Shown here: positions 57,915 to 64,000 of the stretch, piece by piece
Layout: each line of letters starts with the position of its first letter
Numbering within the stretch: the first letter of the stretch is position 1
NCBI GenBank assembly: GCA_002269645.1
Contig: NIVC01000084.1
Coordinates: 496,001 to 560,000, forward strand
Origin: Macrostomum lignano
Taxonomy: Eukaryota
DNA length: 64,000 nt
Direction of reading: 5' to 3'
Translations under genes and position numbers: made by a program
The notes under the pieces: model-generated
Seen by the model: the letters and a program-made list of their open reading frames with translations, nothing else
Told to the model about the DNA's origin: nothing
The model's database searches: none

Positions 57915-59507
57915 AAACCGTTAAACGATTTTTCTTCGTACTACGATCCAAGCTACTATCCAACTAGCTTCGATGTCTCTTACAAGAAGCGTGAATACAG
58001 CTCGTACTACCCGAGCAGCTACTCCTCTTTCTACCCGAGCAGCTACTCCTCTTTCTACCCAAGCAGCTACTCCTCTTTCTACCCAAGCAGCTACTCCTCT
58101 TACTACCCAAGCAGCTACTCCTCTTTCTACCCGAGCAGCTACTCCTCTTACTACCCAAGCAGCTACTCCTCTTTCTACCCGAGCAGCTACTCCTCTTTCT
58201 ACCCAAGCAGCTACTCCTCTTACTACCCAAGCAGCTACTCCTCTTACTACCCAAGCAGCTACTCCTCTTACTACCCAAGCAGCTACTCCTCTTACTACCC
58301 AAGCAGCTACTCCTCTTACTACCCAAGCAGCTACTCCTCTTACTACCCAAGCAGCTACTCCTCTTACTACCCAAGCAGCTACTCCTCTTACTACCCGAGC
58401 AGCAGCTACCCGTCCTACTCGTACTCTTACAAGAAGCGTGAATATAGCTCCTACTACTCCTCTTACTACCCAAGCAGCTACTCCTCTTACTACCCAAGCA
58501 GCTACTCATCTTTCTACCCAAGCAGCTACTCCTCTTTCTACCCAAGCAGCTACTCCTCTTTCTACCCGAGCAGCTACTCCTCTTTCTACCCAAGCAGCTA
58601 CTCCTCTTACTACCCGAGCAGCAGCTACCCGTCCTACTCGTACTCTTACAAGAAGCGTGAATATAGCTCCTACTACTCCTCTTACTACCCAAGCAGCTAC
58701 TCCTCTTACTACCCAAGCAGCTACTCATCTTTCTACCCAAGCAGCTACTCCTCTTTATACCCAAGCAGCTACTCCTCTTACTACCCGAGCAGCTACTCCT
58801 CTTTCTACCCGAGCAGCTACTCCTCTTTCTACCCAAGCAGCTACTCCTCTTACTACCCGAGCAGCAGCTACCCGTCCTTCTCGTACTCTTACAAGAAGCG
58901 TGAATATAGCTCCTACTACTCCTCTTACTACCCAAGCAGCTACTCCTCTTACTACCCAAGCAGCTACTCCTCTTACTACCCGAGCAGCTACTCCTCTTAC
59001 TACCCAAGCAGCTACTCCTCTTACTACCCAAGCAGCTACGCCTCTTACTACCCGAGCAGCTACTCCTCTTACTACCCGAGCAGCTACTCCTCTTTCTACC
59101 CAAGCAGCTACGCCTCTTACTACCCAAGCAGCTACGCCTCTTACTACCCAAGCAGCTACTCCTCTTACTACTCCTCGTACATGCCAAGCAGTTCGTATTG
59201 GAAGAAACGGGATATGGATTATGGAAGTTATGGATCCTACCCGTCTGCCGATATTGGAAGCTTTGACCCCTATCCGTCTGGCGGCACTGGAAGCTTTGAC
59301 CCCTATCCGTCTGGCGGCACTGGAAGCTTTGACCCCTATCCGTCTGGCGGCACTGGAAGCTTTGACCCCTATCCGTCTGGCGGCACTGGAAGCTTTGACC
59401 CCTATCCGTCTGGCGGCACTGGAAGCTTTGACCCCTATCCGTCTGGCGGCACTGGAAGCTACAATCCGTATCCGTCAGGTGATAAGGGAAGCTACGGATC
59501 TTACTAA
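57915..59507 (+). CDS. Tyr/Ser/Pro-rich secreted polyprotein, exon 2 (550 aa total, five KKR sites)
   Basis: attttag acceptor at 57914 (phase 0). Open frame KPLNDFSSYYDPSYYPTSFDVSYKKREYSSYYPSS(YSSYYPSS)n...YWKKRDMDYGSYG...(GSFDPYPSGGT)n...GSY*. The ORF track shows only the tail (59181..59507). Confidence 0.85.
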   Translation, partial: KPLNDFSSYYDPSYYPTSFDVSYKKREYSSYYPSSYSSFYPSSYSSFYPSSYSSFYPSSYSSYYPSSYSSFYPSSYSSYYPSSYSSFYPSSYSSFYPSSYSSYYPSSYSSYYPSSYSSYYPSSYSSYYPSSYSSYYPSSYSSYYPSSYSSYYPSSYSSYYPSSSYPSYSYSYKKREYSSYYSSYYPSSYSSYYPSSYSSFYPSSYSSFYPSSYSSFYPSSYSSFYPSSYSSYYPSSSYPSYSYSYKKREYSSYYSSYYPSSYSSYYPSSYSSFYPSSYSSLYPSSYSSYYPSSYSSFYPSSYSSFYPSSYSSYYPSSSYPSFSYSYKKREYSSYYSSYYPSSYSSYYPSSYSSYYPSSYSSYYPSSYSSYYPSSYASYYPSSYSSYYPSSYSSFYPSSYASYYPSSYASYYPSSYSSYYSSYMPSSSYWKKRDMDYGSYGSYPSADIGSFDPYPSGGTGSFDPYPSGGTGSFDPYPSGGTGSFDPYPSGGTGSFDPYPSGGTGSFDPYPSGGTGSYNPYPSGDKGSYGSY

Positions 59508-60297
59508 TCTCGTGGCAAAGGAAATGTCAGTTTTAATCCACCAAAGCTTGTATTCGATGAAGGAATCTAGTTGTGTTAGTTGACATTAACAAACTGAACT
59601 GATTCTGTTTTGTCACCTTTAAAACGGACAATTGGTGGTGGGACAATAAACAACTAAATTATTGAAGAGTTTGAGTATATCAATCACTATTTTTCTTCGA
59701 GCCTTAATTTTTGTATTTTTCTTTTATTATTTGACAGTTAGCTATTCTCCGATACATCTCAAATCTGCATCACCTTAGCTGGCTTCAGCCGCGGTTCACC
59801 TTACCGCGAGTGGCTGATTCATTGAGCAAACTTTGGCCCGCGGAGCCACTAGCTATAGCGGTAGTGTGGACCGGCCTCAATTAGATGCGTCACTTGTTGC
59901 AAAATTGCATTACTCATTCGTTATGCTTATACAATGGTCAATATTTAAGTTGGGGCGACAGAATGTCGTATGCAGTTGCTTTGCGCTGAGCACAGTTCCA
60001 GGGGGGGGGGGCTCAGTGGGCGAATTTTCTCTCATTCAAACCGGCAAGTTGCTGCAGTACAGTGGGTAAGAGCGGATTGCTGAGAACAATGGACAGGCAG
60101 TTTTATAGCTCTGTGGCATGCACGAGGCTTTTAAATTAAGTCTCCGTTCCAGCCATCTCTTGTTCGTCCCCTTTCGTTAAAAAAACTATAAGTTTTAGAG
60201 ACACCGAATATGATATAGAAAAGCGCTATTTGGCTACAAAAATTTGGCTACACCAAAAGCGACATTCTGAATAGGGTAAAAAGTTAGATACAGCAAA

Positions 60298-62559
60298 ATG
60301 TCACGCGTCAAGATTGTTCGTGAGTACCTGAACACCAGCAACGACTCGAAGACGCAATCTGCTGCAAGTCCAGCTACTGTAACAGCTTCAAGCCAGGCTC
60401 AGCCGAGGCCGCAGCAGCCGGCGCCGTCGCAACAACAGCCGCCGCAACAGCCGCAATCTCGGCAACAGGACGCACTCAAACCCGCCATCGGATCTGCTAA
60501 CAAATCACCTCGTGCTTTAGTCGCCGCCTCCACTGGAAATTTGCAAGATGCAGTTGTAAAAAAGCTAGACTTTGAGGAGCTGAGAAAGAATCTGATTCAA
60601 TCCAAGCAATTGTACGAGGATCCCAAATTTCCAGCAGAGGGTCGCAGCATTTTTCCTTCGAGGCCTAATCAGAGGTATGTGTGGAAGCGGCCGAAAGAAA
60701 TCTGCCAATCGCCAATGTTTATTAGCGATGGTGTCAGCCGGTTCGATGTTAAACAAGGAGAACTGGGCGATTGTTGGCTACTGGCTTCAATTGCTTCCCT
60801 TTCTATGAACAAAAGTTTATTTGACCGAGTGGTTCCTCCCGGTCAGGATTTCGACGCAGGCTATTGCGGAATGTTCCGTTTCCGGTTTTGGCACTTTGGC
60901 CGCTGGAAAGAGGTGGTTGTCGATGATCGGCTGCCTACTAAGGCGGGGCGGCTCTGCTTCATGCGCAGCCAGGATCGCAACGAGTTCTGGTCGGCCCTAC
61001 TAGAGAAAGCCTACGCTAAAGTCAACGGTAGCTATGAGGCCCTGACAGGTGGGAGCCAGTCCGAGGCTATGGAGGACTTCACCGGCGGCCTGTGCGAAAA
61101 CTTTGATCTCAACAAGGCACCGGCCGACTTGTTTAACGTGATGTTTCAGGCCAACAAAAGCGAGTCTCTAATGGGATGCAGCATTGAGAGCGAGGAGATT
61201 GAGGGCGAACTAGATAACGGCCTGATCACTGGACATGCTTACTCTGTGACTGACGTCAGAAATTGCAAACTGAAAAACGGCCAGGAAGAATCGCTAGTCC
61301 GGGTTCGCAACCCGTGGGGAAACGAGTGCGAATGGAAGGGCGACTGGAGCGACCGGAGCCCCCTGTGGAACCAAGTCAACGCGGATGAGAAATCCCGGCT
61401 GAAAATGGACGCCAGCGATGATGGCGAGTTCTGGATGGCGTTCAAAGACTTTGTCCAGGAGTTCACTAAACTGGAGATTTGCCACCTGTGCCCAGAGACC
61501 ATGTCCGGCACTGTGAAGGGCGCCGCCGCCAAGAAGCGTCGTTGGGAGATCAGCATAGAGAAGGGGGAGTGGAAGAAGAACGTGAGCGCCGGCGGCTGCA
61601 GGAACTTTATTGACAGCTTCCACACTAATCAGCAGTTCCGCGTGGAGATTGTCGACCCGGATGAAGAGGACGATGAAAATCTGGGCACCATTATTGTCGG
61701 CCTAATGCAGAAGGACGTGCGCAAGGTCACAGTTGGCGGCGAGTATTTCACCATTGGCTATGCTATTTACCAGCTGAGAGGCCAGAGCGACAGCCCCCTT
61801 GACCAGAAGTTTTTCCGCTATAACAAACAGATGGATAAATCGGCGTTTGTAAATCAACGCGAGGTGAGCGGCCGGCACAAGCTGCCCCCGGGTCGATACG
61901 TGATCGTGCCCTCCACCTTTAATCCGAACGAAGAGGCGCAATTCATAATGCGCATGTTCTCCGAAAAGCCGAACCTCGCGGCTGTGCTGGACTCGGAGAC
62001 TAAGATGGAGGTCAGTCCGGCCATCGCCGCCCCCGTCAGCGCACCGGAGAACGAGGAACCGTTGCGCAAAGCTTTCCAGGGCTTCTCCGGCGGCGCGGGT
62101 CGAATTCACGCATTTCAGCTGCAGCAGATCCTGAACAGATCCTTCGGCAAAGAGGTGAAGGAGTTTTCCGGATTTAGCGCCGAAGCCTGTCGCAGCATGC
62201 TTGCTCTGATGGACCTGAACATGTCCGGCTACATGGAATTCGACGAGTTCAAAGTGCTTTGGAACCAGATCCGCCTGCTGAAGACAATTTTCAAAGAGAA
62301 AGACGCCGATGGAAATGGCTCATTTGACTCGTTCGAGCTGCGCGACGCTTTGAAAGCTGCCGGCTACAATCTGAGCAACAAGGTGTTCGAGACGGTTGCC
62401 ATGCGGTATACGGACCCAACTAAGGGCGTCGTGAGCTTCGAAGATTTCATCCTGCTATCAGTGCGGATGAGGACCGCTTTTACTACCTACGAGGCGACTG
62501 TGAAGACAAAGGAGGCTTTGGAGCAGGACAACTTCATCAAGATGATGATGTATATTTGA
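60298..62559 (+). CDS. Classical calpain (CysPc + C2-like + penta-EF-hand), 753 aa, intronless CDS
   Basis: Catalytic triad motifs QGELGDCWLLA, GHAYSVT, RVRNPWG. Domain III GEW...SAGGCRN, YVIVPSTF. C-terminal EF hands. Q/P-rich N-terminus. Confidence 0.97.
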   Translation: MSRVKIVREYLNTSNDSKTQSAASPATVTASSQAQPRPQQPAPSQQQPPQQPQSRQQDALKPAIGSANKSPRALVAASTGNLQDAVVKKLDFEELRKNLIQSKQLYEDPKFPAEGRSIFPSRPNQRYVWKRPKEICQSPMFISDGVSRFDVKQGELGDCWLLASIASLSMNKSLFDRVVPPGQDFDAGYCGMFRFRFWHFGRWKEVVVDDRLPTKAGRLCFMRSQDRNEFWSALLEKAYAKVNGSYEALTGGSQSEAMEDFTGGLCENFDLNKAPADLFNVMFQANKSESLMGCSIESEEIEGELDNGLITGHAYSVTDVRNCKLKNGQEESLVRVRNPWGNECEWKGDWSDRSPLWNQVNADEKSRLKMDASDDGEFWMAFKDFVQEFTKLEICHLCPETMSGTVKGAAAKKRRWEISIEKGEWKKNVSAGGCRNFIDSFHTNQQFRVEIVDPDEEDDENLGTIIVGLMQKDVRKVTVGGEYFTIGYAIYQLRGQSDSPLDQKFFRYNKQMDKSAFVNQREVSGRHKLPPGRYVIVPSTFNPNEEAQFIMRMFSEKPNLAAVLDSETKMEVSPAIAAPVSAPENEEPLRKAFQGFSGGAGRIHAFQLQQILNRSFGKEVKEFSGFSAEACRSMLALMDLNMSGYMEFDEFKVLWNQIRLLKTIFKEKDADGNGSFDSFELRDALKAAGYNLSNKVFETVAMRYTDPTKGVVSFEDFILLSVRMRTAFTTYEATVKTKEALEQDNFIKMMMYI

Positions 62560-63520
62560 CAGGTTTTGAAAGATCAGAGTCTCAACCACATTTTTCTCTA
62601 ACAAACATGGTTTTTTCTGCCGTTAATGTTGTAATCATAATTCATCCCAGCTATATTTATCAAGCCTGCAGTATTCCTACGTTAGCTAATACAAATCCAA
62701 CTGCATATTCATTGGATAACAAATTGTAAGACAAACTTTGCCCTTAACTCGACTTAAAACAAACGTAATACGTAAACTCATGTTAGGTTTATTCTGCAGA
62801 AAGTTTTCATTTCTTAACCTATTTCATTTTTATAACATTTTCAACTATTATTAAAATCGACAGTTGTTTCTCTACTATAAATTGCATGTGTTTTACCATT
62901 TTCCATTTTAAACACCAAATAGATATCAATTATAAGTTTCTCTTATTAGCCATCGATCTGTTGAGAACTGAGGTCTGAGCCGCAACAACCTTTAATTTCT
63001 AATCCTGAAATGCTTACTCAGTTTTATGAATTGTCAATAATCATTTTCAAGCAAAAATAAAATATGCGACACCATAACTGCATGTGCTGATCGGCTATCA
63101 TCGTTTGAACTCGGGATTTAATTTGTCCTACATTATCACCCTCTTTTCTAACATAAGCTAGACCTTAGCCAGCCTGACAATGTCGACAACGTAAACAGAA
63201 GATTCTGATCTTAAATTCAAATATATTCATGCAGTCATGCACTGCTTGCTCCTGGTTATTACCTACCGGTGTTTCGCGATGCACTTTGCACCCCAAGTTA
63301 AAACGCTCGAAGTAGTAATAAAAAATCCTCTCTGTGTTTGAATAATTAAACATTTTAATAAATAAAGTAGCAGCGCTAGAGCCAAGTTTATATAGATATA
63401 GACTCGTATAATTTCGATTTTCTATGGCTGAAAAGTATATAGCTGTTTAGTAGAAAGTAAGCACGATCTAGTAACTACGATCTGGTTCAACAGTAACAAA
63501 TAACAATAGCTTCTCCGGCT

Positions 63521-63674
63521 CTAGTTGGTCGCGTACATCTGCACAAACTCTCCGTAGTCGGTGAACCCATCGTTGTTAACGTCAACTTCGTTAATCATCT
63601 CTTTGACTTCGTCCATGGTCAGCTTCTCGCCGAGTTTCGTCATCACCTCCATCAGCTCGTTGCTGCTGATTTTC
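63521..63674 (-). CDS. Last exon of a calmodulin-like EF-hand protein (rest beyond the window end)
   Basis: ctccag acceptor on the minus strand at 63675. [50 protein letters not shown] ~ CaM [46 protein letters not shown]. Confidence 0.88.
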
Positions 63675-63719
63675 CTGGAGTTTTTTGTTGCATGGATTTT
63701 ATTGTAGGGGAACAGCAAG

Positions 63720-64000
63720 CACTCTACATGACTATTCCTTCATGCACATTATTCTGAGAATTGGTGTTGTTCGCTCATTCTACATGACTATTCCTACATG
63801 CACATTATTCTGAGAATTGGTGTTGTTCGCTCATTCTACATGACTATTCCTTCATGCACATTATTCTGAGAATTGGTGTTGTTCGCTCATTCTACATGAC
63901 TATTCCTACATGCACATTATTCTGAGAATTGGTGTTGTTCGCTCATTCTACATGACTATTCCTACATGCACATTATTCTGAGAATTGGTGTTGTTCGCTC
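63720..64000. repeat. 56-bp minisatellite in the calmodulin-like gene intron
   Basis: ATTCTACATGACTATTCCT(A/T)CATGCACATTATTCTGAGAATTGGTGTTGTTCGCTC. Confidence 0.95.

Noticed and set aside
57973-59583. 536-aa mucin-like Thr/Ala ORF (TQAATPLT)n and the antisense Ser/Cys/Lys ORF 57964..59187
   Set aside because: These are shadow frames of the Tyr-rich gene. Only the Tyr frame joins the signal-peptide exon in phase, contains the KKR sites and makes the unit variation synonymous.
59797-59865. Possible structured ncRNA (TAGCTGGCT...GAGCCACTAGCTA with CCGCGG motifs)
   Set aside because: Pairing is short and interrupted, with no recognisable family motif; cannot be supported by eye.

Overview
Eukaryotic, intron-containing genomic DNA, not prokaryotic. 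The GC-rich exons, few introns, large minisatellites and TTAGGG repeat suggest a free-living flatworm such as Macrostomum; this species call is inference. Most long entries in the ORF track are tandem-repeat artefacts, so I rebuilt the genes by hand from splice sites and reading phase. Family assignments come from recalled reference sequences, not from a database search. Genes on the + strand, in order: DNAAF4/DYX1C1 (5' exon outside the window); a 170-aa SNRNP48-like protein with no zinc finger; a 4-exon TAF1A-like gene with no in-frame start codon; two paralogous small secreted single-WSC-domain genes; ENKD1; a TOMM6-like microprotein; a C6orf120 homolog; a 550-aa secreted Tyr/Ser/Pro-rich polyprotein with five KKR sites, in a frame the ORF track mostly missed; and an intronless classical calpain. 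On the - strand is the last exon of a calmodulin-like gene. Almost every intron carries its own unrelated minisatellite, up to 7.7 kb with higher-order structure. Mobile DNA: a mariner 5' end, a complete but decayed maT-like Tc1/mariner element with D-39-D spacing, Tc1 and IS630-like remnants, a 1.18-kb near-perfect palindromic element, a non-autonomous hAT with a perfect 8-bp TSD, several MITEs, tRNA-derived SINEs including a MetaSINE-like one, and a 3'-truncated R1/LOA-like retrotransposon inside a minisatellite. Best leads: (1) the hidden Tyr-rich polyprotein; (2) TAF1A possibly started by the AUG at the 3' end of the flatworm spliced leader, within a candidate operon; (3) the finger-less U11-48K-like protein.
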